Positions 47,301-62,100 of a DNA stretch of 64,000 nt are shown in pieces (positions within the stretch are counted from its first letter, which is position 1; every line of letters begins with the position of its first letter). Both the position numbers and the translations under genes were made by a program. The notes under the pieces were generated by a model, which was given only the letters and a program-made list of their open reading frames with translations, was not told the origin of the DNA and ran no database searches. This stretch comes from Pristiophorus japonicus (Eukaryota), in assembly GCF_044704955.1 (NCBI RefSeq), contig NC_091995.1:53010001-53074000 (forward strand). The letters are read 5' to 3'.

Positions 47301-50300
47301 AACTAACGGAGTGAGGGGAGGGTTCAAACTAACGGAGTGAGGGGAAGGATCAAACTAACGGAGTGAGGGGAGGGTTCAAACTAACGGAGGGAGGTGAGGG
47401 CTCAAACATACAGGGAGCGAGGGGAGGGTTCAAACTAATGGAGTGAGTGGAGGGGTCAAACTATCAGAGAGTGAGGCTTGGGGCCAAACTAACGGTGTGA
47501 GTGGAGGGGTCAAACTAACAGAGTGAGGGGAGGGGTCAAACTAACGGGGAGTATGGGAGGGATCAAACTAACCGAGTGAGGGGAGAGCTCAAACTAACGG
47601 AAGGAGGGGAGGGGTCAAACTGAAGGAGTGAGGGGAGTGATGGGAGGGGTCAAACTAACGGAGTGAGGGGAAGGATCAAACTAACGGAGTGAGGGGAAGG
47701 TTCGAACTAACGGAGTCAGGGGGGAGGTCAAAGTAACAGAGTGAGGGGACGGGTCAAACTAACGGAGTGAGGGGGGAGGTCAAACTAACGGAGGGAGGAG
47801 AGGAGTCAAACTGAAGGAGTGAGGGGAGGGGTCAAACTAATGGAGTGAGGGGAGGGTTCAAAATAACGGAGTGAGGGCAGAGGTCAAAATAACGGAGTGA
47901 GGTGAGGTGTCAAACTAACGGAGTGACGGGAGGGGTCAAAATAACGGAGTGAGGGGAGTGGTCAAACTAACGGAGTGAGGGGAGGGTCAAACTAATGGAG
48001 TGAGTGGAGGGGTCAAAATAACAGAGTGAGGGGAGGGGTCAAACTAATGGAGTGAAGGGAGGGTTCAAAGTAACGGAGTGAGGGGAGGGGTCAAACTAAT
48101 GGAGTGAGGGGAGGGTCAAACTAATGGAGTGAGGGGAGGGGTCAAAATAACGGAGTGAGGGGAGGGGTCAAACTAACGGGGAGTGAGGGGAGGGGTCAAG
48201 CTAATGGAGTGAGGGGAGGGGTCAAACTAACGGAGTGAGGGGAGGGGTCAAACTAACGGGGAGTGAGGGGAGTGGTCAAACTAACGGAGTGAGGGGAGGT
48301 GGTCAAACGAACGGAGTGAGGGGAGGGTTCAAACTAACAGAGTGAGGTGAGGGGTCAAACTAACGGAGTGAGGTGAGGGGCTCAAACTAACGGAGTGAGG
48401 GGAAGGGGTCAAACTAACGGAGTGAGGGGATGGGTCACACTAACGGAGTGAGGGGAGGGGTTAAAGTCACAGATTGAGGGGAGGGGTCAAGCTCATGGAG
48501 TGAGGGGAGGGGTCAAACTAATGGAGTGAGGGGAGGGGTCAAACTAACGGAGCGAGGGGAGGATTCAAACTTACGTGTAGTGAGGGGAGGGGTCAAACTA
48601 ACAGTGTGAGGGGAGGGGTCAAACTAACGGAGTGAGGGGAGCGTTCAAACTTACGTGGAGTGAGGGGAGGAGTTAAACTAACGGAGTGAGAGGAGGGTCT
48701 CAAACGAACGGAGTGAGGGGAGGGGTCAAACTAACGGAGTGAGGGGAGGGGCTCAAACTAACGGAGTGAGTGGAGGGGTCAAACCAACGGAGTGAGGGGA
48801 GGGACTCAAACTAATGGAGTGAGGGGAGGAGTCAAACTAACGGAGTGAGAGGAGTGTCTCAAAATAACGGAGTGAGGTGAGGTGTCAAACTAACGGAGTG
48901 ACGGGAGGGGTCAAAATAACGGAGTGAGGGGAGTGGTCAAACTAACGGAGTGAGGGGAGGGTCAAACTAATGGAGTGAGGGGAGGGGTCAAAATAACAGA
49001 GTGAGGGGAGGGGTCAAACTAATGGAGTGAAGGGAGGGTTCAAAGTAACGGAGTGAGGGGAGGGGTCAAACTAATGGAGTGAGGGGAGGGTCAAACTAAT
49101 GGAGTGAGGGGAGGGGTCAAAATAACGGAGTGAGGGGAGGGGTCAAACTAACGGGGAGTGAGGGGAGGGGTCAAGCTAATGGAGTGAGGGGAGGGGTCAA
49201 ACTAACGGAGTGAGGGGAGGGGTCAAACTAACGGGGAGTGAGGGGAGTGGTCAAACTAACGGAGTGAGGGGAGGTGGTCAAACGAACGGAGTGAGGGGAG
49301 GGTTCAAACTAACAGAGTGAGGTGAGGGGTCAAACTAACGGAGTGAGGTGAGGGGCTCAAACTAACGGAGTGAGGGGAAGGGGTCAAACTAACGGAGTGA
49401 GGGGATGGGTCACACTAACGGAGTGAGGGGAGGGGTTAAAGTCACAGATTGAGGGGAGGGGTCAAGCTCATGGAGTGAGGGGAGGGGTCAAACTAATGGA
49501 GTGAGGGGAGGGGTCAAACTAACGGAGCGAGGGGAGGATTCAAACTTACGTGTAGTGAGGGGAGGGGTCAAACTAACAGTGTGAGGGGAGGGGTCAAACT
49601 AACGGAGTGAGGGGAGCGTTCAAACTTACGTGGAGTGAGGGGAGGAGTTAAACTAACGGAGTGAGAGGAGGGTCTCAAACGAACGGAGTGAGGGGAGGGG
49701 TCAAACTAACGGAGTGAGGGGAGGGGCTCAAACTAACGGAGTGAGTGGAGGGGTCAAACCAACGGAGTGAGGGGAGGGACTCAAACTAATGGAGTGAGGG
49801 GAGGAGTCAAACTAACGGAGTGAGAGGAGTGTCTCAAACTAACGGAGTGAGGGGAGGGGTCAAACTAACGGAGTGAGGGGAGGGGCTCAAACTAACGGAG
49901 TGAGGGGAAGAGTCAAACTAAAGGAGTGAGGGGAGGTGTCAAACTAACGGAGTGAGGGGAGGGGTCAAAGTAACGGAGTGAGGGGAGGGGTCAAACATAC
50001 AGGGAGCGAGGGGAGGGGTCAAACTAACGGTGTGAGTGGAGGGGTCAAACTAACGGAGAGAGGGTAGGGGTCATACTAACGGGGAGTGATGGGAGGGGTC
50101 AAACTAACCGAGTGAGGGGAGAGTTCAAACTAACGGAGGGAGGTGAGGGCTCAAACATACAGGGAGCGAGGGGAGGGTTCAAACTAAAGGAGTGAGTGGA
50201 GGGGTCAAACTATCAGAGTGAGGGGAGGGGTCAAACTAACGGGGAGTATGGGAGGGATCAAACTAACCGAGTGAGGGGAGAGCTCAAACTAACGGAAGGA

Positions 50301-53300
50301 GGGGAGGAGTCAAACTGAAGGAGTGAGGGGAGTGATGGGAGGGGTCAAACTAACGGAGTGAGGGGAAGGATCAAACTAACGGAGTGAGGGGAGGGTTCAA
50401 ACTAACGGAGTGAGGGGAAGGATCAAACTAACGGAGTGAGGGGAGGGTTCAAACTAACGGAGTGAGGGGAAGGTTCAAACTAACGGAGTCAGGGGGGAGG
50501 TCAAAGTAACAGAGTGAGGGGAGGGGTCAAACTAACGGAGTGAGGGGGGAGGTCAAACTAACAGAGGGAGGAGAGGAGTCAAACTGAAGGAGTGAGGGGA
50601 GGGGTCAAACTAATGGAGTGAGGGGAGTGGTCAAACTAACGGAGTGAGGGGAGGGTCAAACTGAAGGAGTGAGGGGAGTGATGGGAGGGGTCAAACTAAC
50701 GAAGTGAGGGGAAGGATCAAACTAACGGAGTGAGGGGAGGGGCTCAAACTAACGGAGTGAGGGGAAGAGTCAAACTAAAGGAGTGAGGGGAGGTGTCAAA
50801 CTAACGGAGTGAGGGGAGGGGTCAAAGTAACGGAGTGAGGGGAGGGGTCAAACATACAGGGAGCGAGGGGAGGGGTCAAACTAACGGTGTGAGTGGAGGG
50901 GTCAAACTAACGGAGAGAGGGTAGGGGTCAAACTAACGGGGAGTGATGGGAGGGGTCAAACTAACCGAGTGAGGGGAGAGTTCAAACTAACGGAGGGAGG
51001 TGAGGGCTCAAACATACAGGGAGCGAGGGGAGGGTTCAAACTAAAGGAGTGAGTGGAGGGGTCAAACTATCAGAGAGTGAGGCTTGGGGCCAAACTAACG
51101 GTGTGAGTGGAGGGGTCAAACTAACAGAGTGAGGGGAGGGGTCAAACTAACGGGGAGTATGGGAGGGATCAAACTAACCGAGTGAGGGGAGAGCTCAAAC
51201 TAACGGAAGGAGGGGAGGGGTCAAACTGAAGGAGTGAGGGGAGTGATGGGAGGGGTCAAACTAACGGAGTGAGGGGAAGGATCAAACTAACGGAGTGAGG
51301 GGAAGGTTCGAACTAACGGAGTCAGGGGGGAGGTCAAAGTAACAGAGTGAGGGGACGGGTCAAACTAACGGAGTGAGGGGAGAGGTCAAACTAACGGAGG
51401 GAGGAGAGGAGTCAAACTGAAGGAGTGAGGGGAGGGGTCAAACTAATGGAGTGAGGGGAGGGTTCAAAATAACGGAGTGAGGGCAGAGGTCAAAATAACG
51501 GAGTGAGGTGAGGTGTCAAACTAACGGAGTGAGGGGAGGGGTCAAAATAACGGAGTGAGGGGAGTGGTCAAACTAACGGAGTGAGGGGAGGGTCAAACTA
51601 ATGGAGTGAGTGGAGGGGTCAAAATAACAGAGTGAGGGGAGGGGTCAAACTAATGGAGTGAAGGGAGGGTTCAAAGTAACGGAGTGAGGGGAGGGGTCAA
51701 ACTAATGGAGTGAGGGGAGGGTCAAACTAATGGAGTGAGGGGAGGGGTCAAAATAACGGAGTGAGGGGAGGGGTCAAACTAACGGGGAGTGAGGGGAGGG
51801 GTCAAGCTAATGGAGTGAGGGGAGGGGTCAAACTAACGGAGTGAGGGGAGGGGTCAAACTAACGGGGAGTGAGGGGAGTGGTCAAACTAACGGAGTGAGG
51901 GGAGGTGGTCAAACGAACGGAGTGAGGGGAGGGTTCAAACTAACAGAGTGAGGTGAGGGGTCAAACTAACGGAGTGAGGTGAGGGGCTCAAACTAACGGA
52001 GTGAGGGGAAGGGGTCAAACTGACGGAGTGAGGGGATGGGTCACACTAACGGAGTGAGGGGAGGGGTTAAAGTCACAGATTGAGGGGAGGGGTCAAGCTC
52101 ATGGAGTGAGGGGAGGGGTCAAACTAATGGAGTGAGGGGAGGGGTCAAACTAACGGAGCGAGGGGAGGATTCAAACTTACGTGTAGTGAGGGGTGGGGTC
52201 AAACTAACGGAGTGAGGGGAGCGTTCAAACTTACGTGGAGTGAGGGGAGGAGTTAAACTAACGGAGTGAGAGGAGGGTCTCAAACGAACGGAGTGAGGGG
52301 AGGGGTCAAACTAACGGAGTGAGGGGAGGGGCTCAAACTAACGGAGTGAGTGGAGGGGTCAAACCAACGGAGTGAGGGGAGGGACTCAAACTAATGGAGT
52401 GAGGGGAGGAGTCAAACTAACGGAGTGAGAGGAGTGTCTCAAACTAACGGAGTGAGGGGAGGGGTCAAACGAACGGAGTGAGGGGAGGGGCTCAAACTAA
52501 CGGAGTGAGGGGAAGAGTCAAACTAAAGGAGTGAGGGGAGGTGTCAAACTAACGGAGTGAGGGGAGGGGTCAAAGTAACGGAGTGAGGGGAGGGGTCAAA
52601 CATACAGGGAGCGAGGGGAGGGGTCAAACTAACGGTGTGAGTGGAGGGGTCAAACTAACGGAGAGAGGGTAGGGGTCAAACTAACGGGGAGTGATGGGAG
52701 GGGTCAAACTAACCGAGTGAGGGGAGAGTTCAAACTAACGGAGGGAGGTGAGGGCTCAAACATACAGGGAGCAAGGGGAGGGTTCAAACTAAAGGAGTGA
52801 GTGGAGGGGTCAAACTATCAGAGTGAGGGGAGGGGTCAAACTAACGGGGAGTATGGGAGGGATCAAACTAACCGAGTGAGGGGAGAGCTCAAACTAACGG
52901 AAGGAGGGGAGGAGTCAAACTGAAGGAGTGAGGGGAGTGATGGGAGGGGTCAAACTAACGGAGTGAGGGGAAGGATCAAACTAACGGAGTGAGGGGAGGG
53001 TTCAAACTAACGGAGTGAGGGGAAGGATCAAACTAACGGAGTGAGGGGAGGGTTCAAACTAACGGAGTGAGGGGAAGGTTCAAACTAACGGAGTCAGGGG
53101 GGAGGTCAAAGTAACAGAGTGAGGGGAGGGGTCAAACTAACGGAGTGAGGGGGGAGGTCAAACTAACAGAGGGAGGAGAGGAGTCAAACTGAAGGAGTGA
53201 GGGGAGGGGTCAAACTAATGGAGTGAGGGGAGTGGTCAAACTAACGGAGTGAGGGGAGGGTCAAACTGAAGGAGTGAGGGGAGTGATGGGAGGGGTCAAA

Positions 53301-56200
53301 CTAACGAAGTGAGGGGAAGGATCAAACTAACGGAGTGAGGGGAAGGATCAAACTAACGGAGTGAGGGGAGGGTTCAAACTAACGGAGTGAGGGGAAGGTT
53401 CAAACTAACGGAGTCAGGGGGGAGGTCAAAGTAACAGAGTGAGGGGAGGGGTCAAACTAACGGAGTGAGGGGAGAGCACAAACTAACGGAGGGAGGTGAG
53501 GGCTCAAACATACAGGGAGCGAGGGGAGGGTTCAAACTAACGGAGTGAGTGGAGGGGTCAAACTATCAGAGAGTGAGGCTTGGGGCCAAACTAACGGTGT
53601 GAGTGGAGGGGTCAAACTAACAGAGTGAGGGGAGGGGTCAAACTAACGGGGAGTATGGGAGGGATCAAACTAACCGAGTGAGGGGAGAGCTCAAACTAAC
53701 GGAAGGAGGGGAGGGGTCAAACTGAAGGAGTGAGGGGAGTGATGGGAGGGGTCAAACTAACGGAGTGAGGGGAAGGATCAAACTAACGGAGTGAGGGGAA
53801 GGTTCGAACTAACGGAGTCAGGGGGGAGGTCAAAGTAACAGAGTGAGGGGAGGGGTCAAACTAACGGAGTGAGGGGGGAGGTCAAACTAACGGAGGGAGG
53901 AGAGGAGTCAAACTGAAGGAGTGAGGGGAGGGGTCAAACTAATGGAGTGAGGGGAGGGTTCAAAATAACGGAGTGAGGGCAGAGGTCAAAATAACGGAGT
54001 GAGGTGAGGTGTCAAACTAACGGAGTGAGGGGAGGGGTCAAAATAACGGAGTGAGGGGAGTGGTCAAACTAACGGAGTGAGGGGAGGGTCAAACTAATGG
54101 AGTGAGTGGAGGGGTCAAAATAACAGAGTGAGGGGAGGGGTCAAACTAATGGAGTGAAGGGAGGGTTCAAAGTAACGGAGTGAGGGGAGGGGTCAAACTA
54201 ATGGAGTGAGGGGAGGGTCAAACTAATGGAGTGAGGGGAGGGGTCAAACTAACGGAGTGAGGGGAGGGGTCAAACTAACGGGGAGTGAGGGGAGGGGTCA
54301 AGCTAATGGAGTGAGGGGAGGGGTCAAACTAACGGAGTGAGGGGAGGGGTCAAACTAACGGGGAGTGAGGGGAGTGGTCAAACTAATGGAGTGAGGGGAG
54401 GTGGTCAAACGAACGGAGTGAGGGGATGGGTCACACTAACGGAGTGAGGGGAGGGGTTAAAGTCACAGATTGAGGGGAGGGGTCAAGCTCATGGAGTGAG
54501 GGGAGGGGTCAAACTAATGGAGTGAGGGGAGGGGTCAAACTAACGGAGCGAGGGGAGGATTCAAACTTACGTGTAGTGAGGGGAGGGGTCAAACTAACAG
54601 TGTGAGGGGAGGGGTCAAACTAACGGAGTGAGGGGAGCGTTCAAACTTACGTGGAGTGAGGGGAGGAGTTAAACTAACGGAGTGAGAGGAGGGTCTCAAA
54701 CGAACGGAGTGAGGGGAGGGGTCAAACTAACGGAGTGAGGGGAGGGGCTCAAACTAACGGAGTGAGTGGAGGGGTCAAACCAACGGAGTGAGGGGAGGGA
54801 CTCAAACTAATGGAGTGAGGGGAGGAGTCAAACTAACGGAGTGAGAGGAGGGTCTCAAACTAACGGAGTGAGGGGAGGGGTCAAACTAACGGAGTGAGGG
54901 GAGGGGCTCAAACTAACGGAGTGAGGGGAAGAGTCAAACTAAAGGAGTGAGGGGAGGTGTCAAACTAACGGAGTGAGGGGAGGGGTCAAAGTAACGGAGT
55001 GAGGGGAGGGGTCAAACATACAGGGAGCGAGGGGAGGGGTCAAACTAACGGTGTGAGTGGAGGGGTCAAACTAACGGAGAGAGGGTAGGGGTCAAACTAA
55101 CGGGGAGTGATGGGAGGGGTCAAACTAACCGAGTGAGGGGAGAGCTCAAACTAACGGAGGGAGGTGAGGGCTCAAACATACAGGGAGCGAGGGGAGGGTT
55201 CAAACTAACGGAGTGAGTGGAGGGGTCAAACTAACAGAGTGAGGGGAGGGGTCAAACTAACGGGGAGTATGGGAGGGATCAAACTAACCGAGTGAGGGGA
55301 GAGCTCAAATAACGGAAGGAGGGGAGGGGTCAAACTGAAGGAGTGAGGGGAGTGATGGGAGGGGTCAAACTAACGGAGTGAGGGGAAGGATCAAACTAAC
55401 GGAGTGAGGGGAGGGTTCAAACTGAAGGAGTGAGGGGAAGGATCAAACTAACGGAGTGAGGTGAGGGTTCAAACTAACGGAGTGAGGGGAAGGTTCAAAC
55501 TAACGGAGTCAGGGGGGAGGTTAAAGTAACAGAGTGAGGGGAGGGGTCAAACTAACGGAGTGAGGGGGGAGGTCAAACTAACGGAGGGAGGAGAGGAGTC
55601 AAACTGAAGGAGTGAGGGGAGGGGTCAAACTAATGGAGTGAGGGGAGGGTTCAAAATAACAGAGTGAGGGGAGGGGTCAAACTAATGGAGTGAAGGGAGG
55701 GTTCAAAGTAACGGAGTGAGGGGAGGGGTCAAACTAATGGAGTGAGGGGAGGGGTCAAACTAACAGAGTGAGGTGAGGGGTCAAACTAACGGAGTGAGGT
55801 GAGGGGCTCAAACTAACGGAGTGAGGGGAAGGGGTCAAACTAACGGAGTGAGGGGATGGGTCACACTAACGGAGTGAGGGGAGGGGTTAAAGTCACAGAT
55901 TGAGGGGAGGGGTCAAGCTCATGGAGTGAGGGGAGGGGTCAAACTAATGGAGTGAGGGGAGGGGTCAAACTAACGGAGCGAGGGGAGGATTCAAACTTAC
56001 GTGTAGTGAGGGGAGGGGTCAAACTAACGGAGTGAGAGGAGGGTCTCAAACGAACGGAGTGAGGGGAGGGGTCAAACTAACGGAGTGAGGGGAGGGGCTC
56101 AAACTAACGGAGTGAGTGTAGGGGTCAAACCAACGGAGTGAGGGGAGGGACTCAAACTAATGGAGTGAGGGGAAGAGTCAAACTAAAGGAGTGAGGGGAG
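41350..56200 (+). repeat. Irregular ~2-kb higher-order repeat block (about 7-8 partial or complete copies)
   Basis: An ordered cassette of rare units recurs (AAACATACAGGG, GAGGCTTGGGGCC, GGAGTATGGG, the 35-bp unit, TTAAAGTCACAGATTG, TTACGTGTAG). TTAAAGTCACAG occurs at ~42659, 44642, 46363, 48461, 49436, 52067, 54457 and 55887. Confidence 0.8.
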
Positions 56201-58549
56201 GGTTCAAACTAACGGAGTGAGGGGAGAGGTCAAACTAACGGAATGAGGGGAGGGGTCAAACTAACGGAATGAGGGGAGGTGTCAAACTAATAGAGTGAGG
56301 GGAGAGGTCAAACTAACGGAGTGAGGAGAGGGGTCAATCTAACGGGGTGTGAGGGGAGGGGGTCAAACTAATGGAGTGAGGGGAGGGGCTCAAACTAACG
56401 GAGTGAGGGGAGGGGTCAAACTAACGGGGAGATAGGGGAGGGGTCAATCTAAGGGAGTGAGAGGAGGGGGTCAAACTAACGGAGTGAGGGGGGAGGTCAA
56501 ACTAACGGATGGAGGAGAGGAGTCAAACTGAAGGAGTGAGGGGAGGGGTCAAACTAATGGAGTGAGGGGAGGGTTCAAAATAACGGAGTGAGGGCAGAGG
56601 TCAAAATAACGGAGTGAGGTGAGGTGTCAAACTAACGGAGTGAGGGGAGGGGTCAAAATAACGGAGTGAGGGGAGTGGTCAAACTAACGGAGTGAGGGGA
56701 GGGTCAAACTAATGGAGTGAGTGGAGGGGTCAAAATAACAGAGTGAGGGGAGGGGTCAAACTAATGGAGTGAAGGGAGGGTTCAAAGTAACGGAGTGAGG
56801 GGAGGCGTCAAACTAATGGAGTGAGGGGAGGGTCAAACTAATGGAGTGAGGGGAGGGGTCAAAATAACGGAGTGAGGGGAGGGGTCAAACTAACGGGGAG
56901 TGAGGGGAGGGGTCAAGCTAATGGAGTGAGGGGAGGGGTCAAACTAACGGAGTGAGGGGAGGGGTCAAACTAACGGGGAGTGAGGGAGTGGTCAAACTAA
57001 CGGAGTGAGGGGAGCGTTCAAACTTACGTGGAGTGAGGGGAGGAGTCAAACTAACGGAGTGAGGGGAGGGGTCAAACTAACGGAGTGAGGGGAGGGGCTC
57101 AAACTAACGGAGTGAGTGGAGGGGTCAAACCAACGGAGTGAGGGGAAGAGTCAAACTAAAGGAGTGAGGGGAGGGATCAAACTAACGGAGTGAGGGGAGA
57201 GGTCAAACTAACGGAATGAGGGGAGGGGTCAAACTAACGGAATGAGGGGAGGTGTCAAACTAACGGAGTGAGGGGAGGAGTCAAACTAATAGAGTGAGGG
57301 GAGAGGTCAAACTAACGGAGTGAGGAGAGGGGTCAATCTAACGGGGTGTGAGGGGAGGGGGTCAAACTAATGGAGTGAGGGGAGGGGCTCAAACTAACGG
57401 AGTGAGGGGAGGGGTCAAACTAACGGGGTGTGAGGGGAGGGGTCAATCTAAGGGAGTGAGAGGAGGGGGTCAAACTAACGGAGTGAGGGGAGGGGCTCAA
57501 ACTAACGGAGTGAGGGGAGGGGCTCAAACTAACGGAGTGAGGGGAGAGGTCAAACTAACGGGGAGTGAGAGGAGGGGGTCAAACTAACGGAGTGAGGGGA
57601 GGGGCTCAAACTAACGGAGTGAGGGGAGGGATCAAACTAACGGAGTGAGGGGAGGGGTCAAACTAATGGAGTGAGGGGAGGGGTCAAACTAACGGAGTGA
57701 GGGGAGGGGTCAAACTAACGGAGTGAGGGGAGGTGGTGAACCGAACGGAGTGAGGTGAGTGGCTCAAACTAACGGAGTGAGGGGAGGGCTCAAACTAACG
57801 GAGTGAGGGGAGGGGCTCAAACTAACGGAGTGAGGGGAAGGGGTCAAACTAACGGAGTGAGGGGATGGGTCACACTAACGGAGTGAGGGGAGGGGTCAAA
57901 GTCACAGATTGAGGGGAGGGGTCAAGCTCACGGAGTGAAAGGAGGGGTCAAACTAACGGAGTGTGGGGAGGAGTCAAACTGATGGGGTGTGAGGGGAGTG
58001 GTCAAAGTAACGGAGTGAGGGGAGGGGTCAAACCAACGGGGAGTGAGGGGAGGGGTCAAACTAACGGAGTGAGGGGAGGGGTCAAACTAACGGAGTAAGG
58101 GGAGGATTCAAACTTACGTGGAGTGAGGGGACGGGTCAAACTAACAGTGTGAGGGGAGGGGTCAAACTAACGGAGTGAGGGGAGGGGTCAAAATAACAGA
58201 GTGAGGGGAGGGGTCAAACTAACGGGGAGTGAGGGGAGGGATCAAGCTAACGGAGTGAGAGGAGGGTCTCAAACTAACGGAGTGAGGGGAGGGTTCAAAC
58301 TAACGGAGTGAGGGGAGGGGTCAAACTAACGGAGTGAGGGGAGGGTTCAAAGTAACGGAGTGAGGGGAGGGGTCAAACTAACGGAGTGAGGGGTGGGGTT
58401 AAAGTCACAGATTGAGGGGAGGTGTCAAACTAATGGAGTGAGGGGAGGTGGTCAAACGAACGGAGTGAGGGGAGGGTTCAAACTAACAGAGTGAGGTGAG
58501 GGGTCAAACTAACGGAGTGAGGTGAGGGGCTCAAACTAACGGAGTGAAG

Positions 58550-61500
58550 GGAGGGGTATTCAAACTAACGGAGTGAGGGGAGGGGGTCAAACTAACGGAG
58601 TGAGGGGAAGGGGTCAAACTAACGGAGTGAGGGGATGGGTCACACTAACGGAGTGAGGGGTGGGGTTAAAGTCACAGATTGAGGGGAGGGGTCAAGCTCA
58701 TGGAGTGAGGGGAGGTGTCAAACTAATGGAGTGAGGGGAGGGGTCAAACTAACGGAGCGAGGGGAGGATTCAAACTTACGTGTAGTGAGGGGAGGGGTCA
58801 AACTAACGGAGTGAGGGGAGGAGTCAAACTAACGGAGTGAGAGGAGGGTCTCAAACTAACGGAGTGAAGGGAGGGGTCAAACTAACGGAGTGAGGGGAGG
58901 GGCTCAAACTAAGGGAGTGAGGGGAGGAGTCAAACTAAAGGAGTGAGGGGAGGGATCAAACTAACGGAGTGAGGGGAGAGGTCAAACTAACGGAATGAGG
59001 GGAGGGGTCAAACTAACGGAGTGAGGGGAGGTGTCAAACTAACGGAGTGAGGGGAGGAGTCAAACTAATAGAGTGAGGGGAGAGGTCAAACTAACGGGGA
59101 GTTAGGGGAGGGGCTCAATCTAACGGAGTGAGAGGAGGGGGTCAAACTAACGGAGTGAGGGGAGGCGTCAAGCTAACGGAGTGAGGGGAGGAGTCAAACT
59201 AACGAAGTGAGGGGAGGAGTCAAACTAACGGAGTGAGGGGAGGGGGTCAAATTAACGGAGGGAGGGGAGAGGTCAAACTAACGGAATGAGGGGAGAGGTC
59301 AAACTAAAGGAGTGAGGGGAGGGGTCAGACTAATGGAGTGAGGGGAGGGGTCAAACTAATGGAGTGAGGGGAGGGGTCAAACTAAGGGAGTGAGGGGAGG
59401 GATCAAACTAACGGAGTGAGGGGAGGGGTCAAACTAATGGAGTGAGGGGAGGGTTCAAACTAACGGAGTGAGGGGAGGGGTCAAACTAACGGAGTGAGGG
59501 GAGGGGCTCAAACTAACGGAGTGAGGGGAGAGGTCAAACTAACGGGGAGTGAGGGGAGGGGTCAAACTAACGGGGAGTGAGGGGAGGGGTCAAACTAACT
59601 GGGAGTGAGGGGAGGGGGTCAAACTAACGGACTGAGGGGAGTGGCTCAAACTAATGGAGTGAGGGAAAGGTCAAACTAACGAACTGATGTGAGGGGTCAA
59701 ACTAACAGGGAATGAGGGGAGGGGTCAAACTAAGGGAGTGAGGGGAGGGGGTCAAACTAACGGAGTGAGGGGAGGGGCTCAAAGTAACGGAGTGACGGGA
59801 GGGGTCAAACTAACGGAGTGAGCGGAGGGGTCAAACTAACGTTGTGAGGGGAGGGGTCAAACTAACAGGGTAAGGGGAGGGGCTCAAAGTAACGGAGTGA
59901 CGGGACGGGTTAAACTAACGGAGTGAGGGGAGGGGTCAAACAAACATTGTGAGGGGAGGGGTCAAACTAACAGAGTGAGGGGAGGGGCTCAAACTAATGG
60001 AGTGAGGGGAGGGGCTCAAACTAACGGAGTGAGAGGAGGGGTCATACTAACAGGGAGTGAGGGGAGGAGTCAAACTAACGAAGTGAGGGGAGGAGTCAAA
60101 CTAACGGAGTGAGGGGAGGGGGTCAAATTAACGGAGTGAGGGGAGAGGTCAAACTAACGGAATGAGGGGAGGGGTCAAACTAAAGGAGTGAGGGGAGGGG
60201 TCAGACTAATGGAGTGAGGGGAGGGGTCAAACTAATGGAGTGAGGGGAGGGGTATTCAAACTAACGGAGTGAGGGGAGGGGGTCAAACTAACGGAGTGAG
60301 GGGAAGGGGTCAAACTAACGGAGTGAGGGGATGGGTCACACTAACGGAGTGAGGGGTGGGGTTAAAGTCACAGATTGAGGGGAGGGGTCAAGCTCATGGA
60401 GTGAGGGGAGGTGTCAAACTAATGGAGTGAGGGGAGGGGTCAAACTAACGGAGCGAGGGGAGGATTCAAACTTACGTGTAGTGAGGGGAGGGGTCAAACT
60501 AACGGAGTGAGGGGAGGAGTCAAACTAACGGAGTGAGAGGAGGGTCTCAAACTAACGGAGTGAAGGGAGGGGTCAAACTAACGGAGTGAGGGGAGGGGCT
60601 CAAACTAACGGAGTGAGGGGAGGAGTCAAACTAAAGGAGTGAGGGGAGGGATCAAACTAACGGAGTGAGGGGAGAGGTCAAACTAACGGAATGAGGGGAG
60701 GGGTCAAACTAACGGAGTGAGGGGAGGTGTCAAACTAACGGAGTGAGGGGAGGAGTCAAACTAATAGAGTGAGGGGAGAGGTCAAACTAACGGGGAGTTA
60801 GGGGAGGGGCTCAATCTAACGGAGTGAGAGGAGGGGGTCAAACTAACGGAGTGAGGGGAGGCGTCAAACTAACGGAGTGAGGGGAGGAGTCAAAATAACG
60901 AAGTGAGGGGAGGAGTCAAACTAACGGAGTGAGGGGAGGGGGTCAAATTAACGGAGTGAGGGGAGAGGTCAAACTAACGGAATGAGGGGAGAGGTCAAAC
61001 TAAAGGAGTGAGGGGAGGGGTCAGACTAATGGAGTGAGGGGAGGGGTCAAACTAATGGAATGAGGGGAGGGGTCAAACTAAGGGAGTGAGGTGAGGGATC
61101 AAACTAACGGAGTGAGGGGAGGGGTCAAACTAATGGAGTGAGGGGAGGGTTCAAACTAACGGAGTGAGGGGAGGGGTCAAACTAACAGAGTGAGGGGAGG
61201 GGCTCAAACTAACGGAGTGAGGGGAGAGGTCAAACTAACGGGGAGTGAGAGGAGGGGGTCAAACTAACGGAGTGAGCAGAGGGGCTCAAACTAACGGAGT
61301 GAGGGGAGGCGTCAAACTAACGGAGTGTGGGGAGGGGTCAAAATAATGGAGTGAGGGGAGGGGCTCAAAATAACGGAGTGAGGGGAGGTGTCAAACTAAC
61401 GGGGAGTGAGGGGAGGGGTCAACCTAACGGGGAGTGAGGGGAGGGGTCAAACTAACTGGGAGTGAGGGGAGGGGGTCAAACTAACGGACTGAGGGGAGTG

Positions 61501-62100
61501 GCTCAAACTAATGGAGTGAGGGGAGGGGTCAAACTAACGAACTGATGTGAGGGGTCAAACTAAATGGGAATGAGGGGAGGGGTCAAACTAAGGGAGTGAG
61601 GGGAGGGGGTCAAACTAACGGAGTGAGGGGAGGGGCTCAAAGTAACGGAGTGACGGGAGGGGTCAAACTAACGGAGTGAGCGGAGGGGTCAAACTAACGT
61701 TGTGAGGGGAGGGGTCAAACTAACAGGGTAAGGGGAGGGGCTCAAAGTAACGGAGTGACGGGACGGGTTAAACTAACGGAGTGAGGGGAGGGGTCAAACA
61801 AACATTGTGAGGGGAGGGGTCAAACTAACAGAGTGAGGGGAGGGGCTCAAACTAATGGAGTGAGGGGAGGGGCTCAAACTAACGGAGTGAGAGGAGGGGT
61901 CATACTAACAGGGAGTGAGGGGAGGAGTCAAACTAACGAAGTGAGGGGAGGAGTCAAACTAACGGAGTGAGGGGAGGGGGTCAAATTAACGGAGTGAGGG
62001 GAGAGGTCAAACTAACGGAATGAGGGGAGGGGTCAAACTAAAGGAGTGAGGGGAGGGGTCAGACTAATGGAGTGAGGGGAGGGGTCAAACTAATGGAGTG
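58550..62100 (+). repeat. ~1.7-1.9-kb tandem duplication within the array
   Basis: The rare GGGGTATTCAAAC unit occurs at ~58553 and ~60249 (offset 1696), with a third copy at ~63300. The downstream variant order is repeated with indels. Confidence 0.75.
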
